NCBI GenBank assembly: GCA_016748015.1
Contig: JAAOMT010000047.1
Coordinates: forward strand, 145,258-209,257
Origin: Geosiphon pyriformis uo1
Taxonomy: Eukaryota > Fungi > Glomeromycota
Reading direction: 5' to 3'
Length of the DNA stretch: 64,000 nt
Below are positions 14,036 through 27,223 of the stretch, piece by piece. The notes below the pieces were generated by a model. It ran no database searches. It saw nothing but the letters and a program-made list of their open reading frames with translations, and was not told where the DNA came from. Numbering within the stretch: position 1 is the first letter of the stretch; each line of letters opens with the position of its first letter. Both the position numbers and the translations under genes were made by a program.

Positions 14036-17000
14036 AAATATCGAGTGAAGCGAATATTGTAAACATTTTTTTTAATAAGGTAACACATAATAAACAAGAT
14101 TTAATAAACCATAATATATATTATTTTAAAACTTCAAAAAAATCTAAAATACAAAAATTAACATTAAAGCAAACCTTATTACTTGGTTTAACAAAATAAT
14201 GCATAGTGACACACTTTAAAAAAATGTTTGAATGTTAAATTGGTTTTTTCAAAGCCCAAAACCTAGATTTAATCAAAAATACTCTTGGCATGAGATTAAA
14301 AATACACCTGTACGCAAGTAATTTTATTGATTTCAAATGTTTTGTTCAAGAACTCTAATGTAATCTATCTGATTTCTCCCATTAATTGGTAGATAGTATC
14401 TCAAATTGCATTGATGTTTGTATTAAAGCTAAAAGAGTTTCAACAAAAATGCTTTATTTATCATAATGTGTATAAATTATTATTTTAACAAAATATGTCT
14501 CAAATTGGGCAAAATACATTAGTTTGGACAAAATAAATATTAGCTTGGATTAAAATGAATTTTGTTTGACATTAAAATTTAAATTTCATGAAAAAATAAT
14601 TAAAATCATTTGAAATTTTAAAATAATGCACATAATGATTTAATATCTATTAGCTTAGAATAACAAAGCTTGCTTTTAAAGGTTTTCGCATTACTTTATT
14701 TTAAACCTTTTCATATTTTATTATACCCAATAGTTTTATAAAATAAATGTGGGATTTTTTAATAAAAATAACTCATTTTAAAATATGTTTTATTTAAAAT
14801 TTAAGAATAAGTAATAATTTCTTGATTTGTTTCAAACCGAAAAATTGGGGCAAAATTGACAGAAAGAATTTTTGTTGATGTTGAGTTTTCAAAAATAACA
14901 TTAAAAAAATATGTTCAAAGTGCATGTTTTTTTTACAAGTTAATTGATTTTGAAGGGTGAATATATTAAACTACTCAGTCAAATGTATTTTTGACTATTG
15001 AAATTAAATTCATTTCGATTATTTCTTCCACATTAAAAATTGAAAAAAATCTATAATATGATTATAAACAGTTTAAATTATAGAATTTCTACTTAAAAAT
15101 AAACTTAAAAACGATACATATTATTAAAACAAACAATTAATTCCTATTAAATATTTCATTTAATTAAAAATATAATTAAAGAGATAAATAACTTAATTGA
15201 TAATTTATAGAAAAAAATAATTTTACAAAATCTTTCATAAATATTAAATTTCATGATGGCTATATTAAGATTTTAATAACAAATAATATTCTTAACACTT
15301 TTTTAAGTGTTAAAAACATTAGTATAACCTAATTATAATTAATATTAATTCCAAATATTCTATTATCATTTAAATAAGGAGAAACCAAAATTAATAAAAA
15401 TAAAATTATGAATTGTATATTTTTGTCAAAATTTTAAATAATTTTATTATTTTCAATAAAAATTACAAAATATTATTAAGTATCAAGGATTTTGGAATAT
15501 TTGTGTTTACTTTTAATCTTCAACAACTTTAAAAAGGCAATTTTTTATTGAAAATTCTTTGCATTTAAGAATTTTTATATGCATAAAGTATAGCAACAAA
15601 ATTTCATTTTTGTAAATTTTAAATAATCAAAAATATTAAAAATTGAACAGAATTATAAAATTAATTAACATATACTATTTAAAAAAAATCTTATATTTTT
15701 TAATACTAATTATTAATTGTGTCTATTCTTCTTATAATATAGTGAATAATACACATATATTTGCAAAACAATCAAAAAGCAACTTCTTTTTTTTCAAAAA
15801 ATTAATGTTAATACTTTTAAAATATTAAAGAACAGTATTTTTTAAAAGCACTTTTTTTAATCAAAGTTTGTTTTTTCATTTTTAAAAAATAAAGTATTGG
15901 CTTTTCTAATTTTTTTTGTGTCTATACTAATTTTATTATAGCAATACCAATTACAGTGCTTGAATTTATTTTGATTGTAAACAATAATAGCAATAGCATG
16001 TTTGTTAAGTCAGATTAACATATAGTTATATTGAATATGTTAAAATTTTGCTATTTTTAAAAATAAAACAAATTATATCTTTATATATAACTTCAAACAA
16101 TAATTCTATTATATTATTTAATTATAAGAATTGAATTAATGAGATTAAAACTGAAACTTTGTTTTTTTTTGTTTTTTAGTAATATTAATAGTTTAATAAT
16201 ATTCAAAAAATTATTACAAGTTTTTAAAGATTTTTTGAATAAATAGTTTTTATTTTGGTTTTATTGGTATTAAATTAATTATAAAAGATAATATTAAGCT
16301 CTTTTATATGAAGTTTATATTTTATATTTCTTAAATACTGCTATTAAAATTGAACTTGATTATTTTTTTCTGACTATTTTTAAAATTGCAAAGTTTTTTG
16401 TGGTTTTTGTTTTTGCTGTTGTTGTTTTTTATAATGATTTTTTAAATGTCTTTTCTGATAATATTAGAAATATTTTTGGTATTTTTGATCTTTAGTATTA
16501 AGTTGAAATCTACTCGATTATAACAATATGCTATTATGTATTTTAAGTTATTTATGGTTTTTAATGCTGTTTTTATTTGCTGATTGGTATTAGTAAAAAA
16601 ATAGTGTATGAATTCTTTTTTTCTTAATTAAAAAAATTATTGTCTTTTGTAATATATATTTTACATCAATTTGGTTAATTTTTTAACTATACTGTTTTAA
16701 AATTAGTAATTAGTTGTTTAAGTTGGCAATTAAACTTGTTTTATTTTTTATTTATTTAATTTAAATATTATTAAAAACAACTATTATTACTTTTAAATTC
16801 AAGAAATCTTTTAATATTGCTATTGTTAAAACTAAATTTTGTAAAAAAGTTATATTTAATAAAAGATAGTTTTTTTGAAATCTTTGCTGTGTAAGTTAAC
16901 CCAATTAATTGAATCTGTAATTAAATTTATTAGAGCTTTATTTATTTTGGTTATGTTCTTGCTTTCTGGTAAAAATAAATTGAAGTTTTGAATTAAATTT

Positions 17001-18280
17001 TTTGCTAGTATTTTTAAAAATGCTTTAATTGGTTTCTACAAAACCAAGAAAAATTTCAAAAAGTTTAATCTTAGATAAAGAGATGTGTAATAAAGAAAGA
17101 TTTGTTATAGACGATGTAAATTTTATCTGTTTGGTAAATATGTAAAAGTTGTTTGATCTTTATGTGAAGTTTAGTATTAAAAAAACCAGATTATGGTTGA
17201 GTGTATTTGTCTTTAAAACTAAGAATTTGAATTACATTATTTGTAAAATAGGTGAGACGAGGTTATTTTTTCTCTATATTGTACTCTAATGTTGTTTTAA
17301 TATAAGTTTAAGTGGCTGGTCACATTTAAAAAGTGCAGGATTCAGCTTATAGTTTGACAAATCTTTGTGGAAACTGGTATAGATATTGGAAGAATCACAC
17401 TTTGTTATAACATATAAAAAAATAAAAAATAATAATTCTAATTTCTTTCAGTTTAAAAAATTTATAAAAAATTAAATTATTTAAGAGATAAATATTTGTC
17501 ACATAAACAAATTTTTTAAAAAGAAATCTGTAAATTTAATGCAAATTAATTTTTTAATTAAAATAATAATAAAGAATATTTTAACCAGAAATATATCAAA
17601 ATATGACAAGTAAAACGTCAAAAAATAGTAAATAAATAAATCTTCATTTTAAAATAAACTTAATGTAATAAAACACAAAAATTCTTATATATAAGGTAAA
17701 AGGAAGTATTTTGGGAATGGAGATATTGTAACGAAGTTAATAATTTGTGATTGGTTGTATAAAAAATGTCATTTATTTAAGTGAGAAAATGACATACTTA
17801 TTTTCCCACACGAATTTATTTTGCTAAATTTGCTATTCGTCATAATACCTCCATTCGCCAAAATGCCCTTTTACTTTAAAATGTTTAAACTATATAATCT
17901 TCCCGATTATGATCAAAAATTTCAACATTTATTACAGAACAACTTCTTGATAATATATTCAGTAAAAGGGAAAAAACGCGTCGATCCAAAAATCAGGATA
18001 AGCACCTTTCTTTTTACCTGAAGTCCTATAACAATTAATCACTGAAGCAGTATGGTACAAATCAAAGATTGTGATGCATTCTTGAATTGTCTGGAACCTT
18101 TTGCGATAATAAAAATTTACATTCATATACATGACTCTTTAAAATATGAAAAACATAGCTCAATTATTGATATGTTTCCCTCCAAATGCTCAACTTTTTT
18201 ACCACTTAAATTTATTCATCAACTTAATTATACTAAATAATGATATATATTCCCCCCTTATTAGCGCTTGCCAGCAAACT

Positions 18281-19027
18281 TTAATTTCGATCTATAAATT
18301 CCAAGATCAAATGAAGCTCCCCTTGACTTCTAAGTCCTATCCATTCTGGCAGTTTGACCCAAGTATCTACGTAACCAGTCGAAAACACATGTTTTAGATC
18401 AATTTTGACATCGCCAAGCTAAATAAATAGGACGAAAAGGATGAAATAATTATTTAAGATCTTATGATTTTCAAAATAAAACAGTATATGAACCTCATCA
18501 TCAAGACGACCATGATCTTCATCATAAACTTGAATATGAAGAGTATGTTCTTTCTCGACGTGACTAAAACCAAATGAAAAAAGTAATTTAATATCGTACT
18601 AATCGAATCTTTTATAATAAAAAAATTGCAAAAAATTTATAAATCATGCTTACAATTTAAAATCTTCCTCCCAATACGGTTCTAAGGTGTCTTGTTTTGT
18701 GGTACTTCTTTGTTTGTATCGTTTGTCAAAGTAGAGTTCTACGTATGGGTCACTTTTTCCTGAATAAGCAGAGTGGGTTAAAATCAGTTTCCTCTATTTA
18801 CAAGAATGACTTGATAAAGTTTACATGTCCAAGGAATTAATATTGAAAATTATCTAAAAAAGTACCTATCACATCTTTATCTTTTAAGTTCTTGGCTTCA
18901 ACTGGAGGAAGATAATTTAATAAATTATAATATTTGTAGGCAATTTCTTCTTCAAAAATCAAAGTTAGTCAAGTAAATTTGATTTGAAAAACGTACGAAG
19001 AAGAACGCTCAATTTTCCAGCAGGCAT
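18281..19027 (-). CDS. Small single-C2-domain protein, paralog 1 (~126 aa)
   Basis: Exons 19027-18997, 18901-18866, 18759-18654, 18563-18494, 18418-18281, all GT-AG and in phase. Protein: MPAGKLSVLLLEAKNLKDKDVIGKSDPYVELYFDKRYKQRSTTKQDTLEPYWEEDFKFHVEKEHTLHIQVYDEDHGRLDDELGDVKIDLKHVFSTGYVDTWVKLPEWIGLRSQGELHLILEFIDRN. Canonical C2 motifs: SDPYV, P-x-W-x-E-x-F, VYDxD. Confidence 0.92.
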
Positions 19028-19268
19028 TTTTCGTTAACAAGATAAAAAAGTTTCAAAGTAAAAAGTGCAATAACTCTAGATGTTTGAACGAGATATTAGA
19101 TGGAATGAAGGATTATCCATAAAAACCTTTCCTTTTCGATAAACACATTATTAGAAAGCGCCATCACACATGAGATTTCATGATTTGGAATATTTCCCAC
19201 CATGTCAAACAAACACTGAGCAAGAAAATACCTGAATATTCCTGAATGACTTATCATGGCGGAATCTT

Positions 19269-19277
19269 ATGACGTCA
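19269..19277. promoter_or_regulatory. CRE/ATF-type site (ATGACGTCA) ~240 bp upstream of C2 paralog 1
   Basis: Perfect TGACGTCA palindrome in an AT-rich promoter; related sites lie upstream of the other two paralogs. Function is inferred. Confidence 0.4.
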
Positions 19278-19714
19278 GGCGCCATTGATGATCATCTCTA
19301 GCCACAAAGTTTATTGAAAGTATAATTTTGAAGTTTCTCATTTTTTTACTTTTGTCTTTACTAATATTTTTAATTTTTATTCGGATACGGAAAATCTTCA
19401 ATTTGATTACTACAATATAATCCTACCATTGAATTTGAAATACTGAAAAAAAAGAATGATTTTATGCAAACTGTCAGGGATTCAAGTTATTTTTAAAATA
19501 TTTTTTGTAAATTGTTCACGCAATTAATGGAAATAAAAAAAGAATCTCGGGATTTGTTGGGAAATTAATTAAAAATTGAGATTCAAAAAAATAATGCTCA
19601 ATTTTTAAAAGTGCCTAAGGATGCACATTTTTACAATTTTCTAACTAAAACTAATTACATTATTATAACATCATTATAAATTTACACCAAAAAAATGTCG
19701 AAAATAAAATATTT

Positions 19715-22700
19715 TCAAAGTTCCAAAATACAATTACTCGCACCACATTGGCCAATTGAATCAAACGCGTCTTGTTCGGCTGTTGTTGCGGTGCATCCAC
19801 CTTGACCACAACCGCCACCACACGACAAGGATCCAGCCACATGTGAATATGTCGAAACTATTTATTTAACATGTTATAATTTATCAGCGAAATTTTATCA
19901 TTCGCTTCGTAAAAAGTAAAAGTCTTTACCTTGGCTTCCAAAAAAAATCCCGGCTGAAGAACTCGGGTGTGTACTAATGGCACATTCAAATTTCGCAGGC
20001 GTTGTAAAAGGCTTCAAGGCCGATGCATCATATGATTTAGATTTCGCATGAGATTTTCCCAGAAAACTATATTTATAAATAATAAGGTTGTATAAGGAAA
20101 AGCCCAAGAATCTTTTAACTCAAATTTTGAGAAACATTTACTTTTTATTTTTAGCCTGCTGTCCAGCTTCCTCTAAATTTTGTTCATACTTCAAATCATC
20201 TAAGCTTATGCTACCTTTCAAAGGGGGAACCAGATAGGATTGTTGTCGATCGTTGGGCTCGGCGTCAGCAGGTCTTTTTTGTTTTTTCAGCTTCCAAATC
20301 AAGAACGCCGCATAAGGAGGTACCACAGCAGCAATCATTTTACGCGATGGAATTAGCCAATTTTTTTTGGTATTTTCATTTGAATAAGGTTCTTTATACT
20401 TTTTATGCCAAATTTTAGATGTTTTCGCAAATGCGCCTTCCAAAGTTGATTGAGGGATGGTATCATCATGATTTACTACGCGTTTCAAATGTGTTTTCAT
20501 GAATTTTCGGTATGGACGAGGATGTAATAGATGAGTATGCCAGCATAGATCAATATCGAGAGTAGGAACCAGACACGCATTCGGTTTTCTTCGCATTAGC
20601 CGTAAAAATCTTTGGTATCGAGCTACAGCTTGATTTAAACTATCGGCATGATATATCGCCTGATTGCCAACCATTTTATGTGTAAATTCCCTTTGACGTA
20701 ATACTGCGCTCACCAAATCAATAGAGAATGGTGAAGTCAAGCCAGCATAAGAGGAAACCAATCGCTTGACGACTCCTTTTCTCAAATTTGATAATTTCCA
20801 TTGTCTTTTCAGTTCTCCCATTCGGAATTGAATAGCTTTGATAATATTTGGCCATTGACATTGGGAAGATTTTAACCTTTGCACAGCGACCATATCGACA
20901 ATATGGGCGCTACGAACATCAAAGAGATATTCACAATCAGACTTGGAAGCTTTTGTATCGGCTTCCCCAGACTTGACATCGACTAAAGTACCTCTGAAGA
21001 ATAAGACATGAAAAAAGTTAATGAGTTTGAAATGGATTGTATTGGGAATTTCGAATACTCACCCAATGTATGGTTTTCTTAATATAATTCGAAATAAAAA
21101 GAGCATAGTTAGTCAACTGTAAATAATTGTGCAAAGAATGATGTGTCTGAACTGTTTACCTGGTGGTTGGGTTTTTCCTAAAATAAATCAAATAATAAGT
21201 CAGACTTAAATTTTTTACTGAATTCAAGAGGATTTCATAATTTCAAGAAACCAACCCTTCGTCCATTCCTTTGCTTATCATCCAATCCGCAACGTCATCC
21301 AAGAATCTTTTGGCACTCATTGAATCGATGGATAAGAAGGCACCACATTGTAAACACTTTTCATGGTGCTCTGGGGTTCGCATCAAGTTCACATAGTTTT
21401 GTCTTTACAAAAAAAAAATTCTTTATAAATATTAAATCGATTAATTCAAAACAGATGTAAATATAAATTTTCCGCATACGATGTCAATTGTAATGGCATA
21501 GCACACCATGGACAGTCCACTTCAAAATCTGAATTGTCGAATGGATCTAGAAACCAAGGTTTGCCAGTTTGTTTCTCCCAGATTTGTTTGGATCGTTCAT
21601 GCATATGCTCAGAGCTTCGTTTCCACAATTCACTCTACAATTCCCGAGGAAGAAATGAGACACGTCTACTATTGAACAAAAAATACACTTTATCAAATAC
21701 CAGTTTTCTAAGAGGGAAGTTGTAGTTTAAGGCCCGATTCAAATGTAACCGACGCGTGTCTTCATAGTAACGAATTGGAGATAAGCAATGAGCATGCCAA
21801 ATATAAGAAACATCTTTAAAGAAATAAAGCAAGTTAGATTAATTAGCAATTTGAAAGAAAATTTTAAAACCTTCACAATACTTTAAAGGCAAGTACCCAG
21901 AGGAGGAACTGGAGGGCTAGAAAAATTTCCCTTGTCAAGCAAGTCTAGCCATAGAAAGTATCTTTCTTGAGCTCGTAGCAAATACCTAAGGTCAATGTGG
22001 CTGTCAGAATGTTCAAGACTTTGGAACTTTTTCAATACCTCCAGATGTGCGCTTAATTTCTCAGGATTAATCACGTCATCAAGTGTAAACCGCGTCCTTT
22101 CACGTCTATGAACCACAGGTTCCTCTGGTGTTGCAGCTGGTGCAAAGTTAGTCGTTTTAGAGACAATGTTCTTTAATCGGTAAATTGCTATGAATTTTTC
22201 ATTATGTTTATCTTGCTCAATGTCAGCGTCAACGTCACCATCACCATCATCCGCTTCTGCTTGAGCTTGAGCTTGAGCTTGAGCTTTTGCCTTTAAATTT
22301 GGAGCTGTTGCTCGTCTGTATAATTTCCCAATAGGATTCCTAGTTTCTTTTGTATTTACTTGATCACGACTTTTACTTTTCTTTAGCGTTTTTACTTTGA
22401 GAAAGGTGGTCGACGATTTTTTGCGAAGAGATTTATGAACAGTGACAGTCCCTTTATTCAAATAAACTGTTCTTTCTTCAGGTTTTTCAGAAAGTGAATG
22501 TGACGACATTCTGCTGGTGTTACTAGTGAGAATTGAAGATGCGAGTGAAGCTCGTTTATCAAATTTGGGTAAGCTAGTTTTATCTTTCTGAGATGGTGTC
22601 GCGTTTGACTGATGTTTATTGAATTTCAGCGATCCGGTGAAAAAGTTTCTGATGATACTTGCCGGCTGGGAAAAACAAGAACGTTTTGGTGATTGTAATT

Positions 22701-22944
22701 CAGGTGATGATAATGATGCAGGAGGAATTGGTAAATTTGTCGCCGTCAGAGAATTCGAATTAGGATGCAATGTAGAAGCGGTCTTATAAGAGTGAAACGC
22801 GACTGCGTCTTTATGTATAGTATCAAGTACTACCCTTTTTTCGGAATTATTGAGAGCAACCTGAGAAATTGGTAGTAGTTTAACGTCGTAAGTTTCATCA
22901 TGATGTTGCACATTGTAGACGCTTTCCATGCTGGTTTTCCGCAT
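19715..22944 (-). CDS. DUF1399 / GRDP-like (glycine-rich domain protein-like) protein, ~875 aa
   Basis: Nine in-phase exons: 22944-21897, 21813-21701, 21634-21480, 21402-21256, 21177-21160, 21077-21063, 20993-20142, 20066-19930, 19857-19715. Motifs: RAQERYFLWL...PPLDVSYIWHAHCLSPIRYYED, CPWC...CLQC, DLVSAVLRQREFTHKM, VARYQRFL...LVPTLDIDLCWHTHLLHP...NHDD, and a C-terminal CGGGCGQGGC. Confidence 0.88.
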
Positions 22945-23204
22945 TATTCGCTGTCTTTCTTTTTCACCGGAGGAATTATTTTATCTGTCGTATGATGACA
23001 AATTTTCGGTGATTAAAAAGAGAAACGCTTTAATGCAAACCGTTTTTGGCAGCAGCAAGAAAACGGGCCAGAGTAAATCATCAATCATGATAATATATTA
23101 CCACACTGGTATATTATAAGCATCATGAAAAATAAACAATGCATCTCCTTCATTAATGATTAAGTATAAAGTTTGATAATTAACATGCGTAATGTTGTTT
23201 ATCG

Positions 23205-23206
<2 letters not shown>

Positions 23207-23252
<46 letters not shown>
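23207..23252. repeat. Poly(dT) tract (46 nt) upstream of the DUF1399 gene
   Basis: Uninterrupted T run ~260 bp 5' of the ATG at 22944. Confidence 0.95.
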
Positions 23253-23257
<5 letters not shown>

Positions 23258-24507
23258 AGGGTTTCATAATTATCATCACCATCGTACTTGGGACGATGAT
23301 AACACTGCGGTTGCGGCTTGTAATTTAATTTTCCGGAAATTGTTTGTGAACGTTTTTCGGAATGTTCTCTGTCTTTTGTTGATATGATCAGCTAGTGAGC
23401 CTCTTTTTTTGCCATCATCATCGAACAGTCGATATTTTTTTGTCAGGTCAGTGGAAAAGTGCGACGAATTTCACTCGTGGGAAAGTTTGGACCATTTGAA
23501 AGGAATTTTACGAAATTTTAAAAACATTCGATATCCTAAAAAACTCGAAAAGAGAAAACCATGTTTTTGGAGTCATGTAAATCTATGCGGTAGATCTACC
23601 ATCAAATAAAGCTAAGCTACCTTTTTGAACCCAAGAAAATGCACGGTAAACGATGTCAAAGCACTTGCTGTTTTCAATTACTTTTGAGATAAGGCTGCAT
23701 AGATCTGAGATCTAGGAATGCGAGGAGCCCCCGTGCTTCAAAAAAGATTGGCCCGAGATAAGTAACACCAGTTAGTCCTGGAAAAACCTTATTTTTCAGG
23801 GACTTATTTGGGTCTGGAAAATCGATATCTAATTATATTCTTTGTAAAGGACTTTTTTCAGGTAAATATTGACCCTAGTACGCAAAAAACAGTTTCAAAT
23901 TCTTTATCCATTAGGATGAAGGGTATGCCTGATACGCCTCCTAAAAATAGAATAATGGCGAATGGAAAAACTTTTTACTGGCATCATCATCAAAAATGGT
24001 TACCATTGAATGGAACCTCTTTATCTCTTAATTAAATGGAATTATGTTATTCCTGCCATTTTAGCCATACAAAATAAGAAAAAAATCTTAGGCAAATGAA
24101 TTAAGAATCTTTTCGGAACTTGGGAATTTAACGTCACTATGAAATTAAATTTATTTTTAGCTTAGGCCTTATCAAATCACCTCAATGAATCAGTAATAAC
24201 TATGGATACTTAATTGGCAATATTTCGGTATTATATTTTAGCCAGCTTACAAACGAATAATAACAATATTTGAAGATTTAAAATGTGGCTTTCTATTTAT
24301 GTTTTTGTATGAAATAAGGACATTTTGCAATTCGTATGTAATGTTTTAGTATAGCTATGAAAAAATTAGCTTGTCCCAAACAAATATATTCTAGAACTAG
24401 AATGAGATGAATTTCAACTTCAAATGAGACACATACATTTCCTTTGTGTTTTGTAAAGTCTAATTTCAAGAATGAGCCTATATGTTAATGAAAAATATTT
24501 AACTTTT

Positions 24508-24522
24508 TATTATTATTATTAC

Positions 24523-24568
<46 letters not shown>
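24508..24568. repeat. (TAT)n microsatellite
   Basis: About 20 TAT units with one TAC interruption; it explains the spurious poly-Tyr ORF. Confidence 0.95.
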
Positions 24569-24571
<3 letters not shown>

Positions 24572-26132
24572 CAGATATTGAAATATCTTTCCAACTTGCT
24601 AATTTTTGGAAACTAAGAAGCAGCCTCAATTTCTTTAGAAAGGAAATACTTGATCATTATTATTGGAAGTCAACTTGGAAGTTTGAATTGTTAAGATCCA
24701 ATCATCCATTTCAAATTGGAAAATGTGAAAAAAAGAGTTTATTGATATATGATATTTTTGATATCAAATATTTCTAAAAAAAATCTTTTTCAACCATTTC
24801 CATTTTAAAAAACGCCTCATTGGTAAATAATAACGATATGAATGAAAATTTTATAAATAAGCTGTCACTGGTTTCTAAGATCTTTGTTTTTCCAGTAGGC
24901 CTAATATAAATGATTATCGAAGATTAATATAATTCATTATCTTTAATTTAGTCTTGCAAAAAATTTTATGGAAAATATGACATTTTTTAATTTTAATTAT
25001 ATAAAAGGGTTTTTGCTCGAAGCATTTAACTTAGTATAGAGCAATTGAGAAATTTAATGAAGAATTCAAGATAAAATTTATCCGATAAAGTTAATTAAAT
25101 CATAGTTTAAAAATTTTCGATTGTTCTTTGGATGATCGAAAAAAGGGATTTTTGTTCCAATTTGTATATGAAAAGTTTTCTGCTTGATTTTCAAAAGCCA
25201 AAATTTCATTAAATAAAATTAATTAAAATTGAATTAAAGCTCCTAGAAAAAACCCCCCTAATATTCAATTAAAAAATATTAGATTTTGTGTTCTTGTAAT
25301 TATTTTCTATTCTGTTTTAAACGATTTTTACCGAGAGAAAAAGGATCATGATTTATTACAGACCATTAGCAGAACAATAAACCTTTTTCTGGATAAGCCA
25401 AACTCTTTGCATTCTCCATATTACTTCTTTAACTGCTTTCGACAAAAAATTAATGTCCACGATCCTAATAGGATGATCCAAAAAAAGTTGAAACTCTAGG
25501 TCATTTTCATGTTCTTTGATCAATTTTTTATTTTCCAAACGAAGTATATTATCGTGTTTTTTTATTCCAATTTGTTAGTTTATCAGGTTACAAAAAAATA
25601 ATCCTGTACAACTACATTAGATTCTAATTGTTCTACCCGGAAACTTTGATGTTTCGATTAATTTGGAATTAAAAATGGAATTCCCAAGTGGTTTAATTAT
25701 CAATATAATTTTTTCTTTCTTAAATCTTTTGACCAAGAAATTCATTTTGAACAAATGCGGCTGTTTTTTTATTATTTGCAATTTTTTTTGGTTTAATTGT
25801 AAACCGTGCTAAAATTTCCAGCAAATATTTAAAAAGTTTTCATACTTTCATAAGGCTTAGAAAGCAATAAATCTTTGAAACTATTTCATATGATAATTAA
25901 ACACCCATAAAATTTGATTTTGATTTTTCTCGAAATTCACAATTCAAAAATTTATTAAATAAAAGTTTTTTTCGGTGATTTTCTTATTTTAGCCAAAAAA
26001 TAAATACAATAAGAGAAAACGTTATATATGTCCTAGCAAGTTGTCGTTACTCAAAATATTTTGTTTCAGTATCATCAACTTAGAAACAAATTCAGATGTC
26101 AAGGTTACCCTTGAGTGATGGGGGTGATGAGT

Positions 26133-26874
26133 TTAGTGAAGGGGTTTATAACTAATATGAAGACGAATTTCACCGTTGCTCTTAAAGCCGAGAAGTGCTG
26201 GCAATTTATACCAACCGCCCACGGAACGTTTTTGGTAAACCTCTTTAAGGTCAACTTTAGTTTCGCCAATCTATTGACATTAATTTTATTAAATAATAAA
26301 AACCCTTTAGCCTTCAAAATTATGATACATTACTGATTTAGAAATTGATTATTAATTTTACCTTATCATCGTCACCAACATCACTATCAAGAACTTTAAG
26401 ATAAAGATAAGGATCATTATCGACATTGCTTTATTGAAAAAGGAATTCAAAGACCAAAATTAATTTTCCGATTACTATTCAAAAGTCATTAGGCATCCAA
26501 GACTTACAAGGTAAATTTTTCGTCCCATTTTGGAGTAATAGTATTGGTCTTTGTACTTGTCTTTTGTTTGTATCCTTTTTCAATCCAAAGTTCAACGTAA
26601 GGGTCACTCTTGCCTATTGATGAGGGGGATGAGGATAATGACTCCATGCTCAGAAATTCAGACTTAGATAGGAATTAATTCAAGGATAATTACCAGCAAC
26701 GTCCTCGTCTTTTAAGTTTCTGGCTTCCTCTAAACGAAAATTCAAAAAAGAGAGAGGAATTAATTTCGAAAGTCTACTTCAACAATAATCGAAACCTTTA
26801 GTATCCATCATCATCATCATATTCAGCATCAATCAAAACATACCGACATGAACGGTAATTTCGCCTTTAGTCAT
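26133..26874 (-). CDS. Small single-C2-domain protein, paralog 2 (~125 aa)
   Basis: Exons 26874-26844, 26729-26694, 26613-26508, 26428-26362, 26270-26133. Protein: MTKGEITVHVEEARNLKDEDVAGKSDPYVELWIEKGYKQKTSTKTNTITPKWDEKFTFNVDNDPYLYLKVLDSDVGDDDKIGETKVDLKEVYQKRSVGGWYKLPALLGFKSNGEIRLHISYKPLH. Same intron positions as paralog 1. Confidence 0.93.
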
Positions 26875-27104
26875 TTTTTAATTATTAGTGGGTTTTATTA
26901 AAAGTTTTCAAGAATTCTTAAGGGAATTGTTGAATTATTCTCTCTCAAACAATTTCTTTTATAACTTTTCAACCCTCAAAATTTAGATTATCCCCTAAGC
27001 CAAACTATGAGAACAAACGCGGGATATCATAAAAGATATGATGATTATAACGCAATTATCCTATAAAATGATACATGGTCAACACGTTGCATTTTTGAAG
27101 AACC

Positions 27105-27223
27105 TGACGTAATAATGAATTTACTGGATAAACTGATCGACGGATCTTGCCATATCAAAAAATCAAGATACCAAGGCGAAATTAGTTGAGGTTAAATGGC
27201 GTAATTACTTGTGAATTACGTCA
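27105..27223. promoter_or_regulatory. Two CRE-variant sites (TGACGTAA 27105-27112; TTACGTCA 27216-27223) upstream of C2 paralog 2
   Basis: Read directly from the sequence, ~230 and ~340 bp upstream of the ATG. Function is inferred. Confidence 0.38.

Larger units (their letters stand above)
11950..15420. repeat. Long imperfect inverted repeat (foldback-like): left arm ~11950-13160, right arm ~14040-15420, ~0.9 kb non-coding spacer
   Basis: 12311-12445 (tgtgaaagaaataatcgaaatgaatttaatttcaa...gactgagtagtttaatatat) is the reverse complement of ~14900-15035. Similarity runs in blocks from both outer ends to the inner motif tcgcttcactcga / tcgagtgaagcga. The right arm carries an extra ~250 bp (~14460-14710). 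Confidence 0.88.

Noticed and set aside
15420-17700. Possible degraded LINE or retroelement in the extremely AT-rich tract (also ~10250-11930 and ~34700-36000)
   Set aside because: No RT, RNase H or integrase motif could be read with confidence.
19715-19740. CaaX prenylation box on the DUF1399 protein, which would link it to the GGPP synthase
   Set aside because: The protein ends CILEL*, with Cys at -5 rather than -4.
24472-24777. Poly-Tyr ORF (and poly-Ile ORFs at 45651 and 56043)
   Set aside because: These are microsatellite artefacts.
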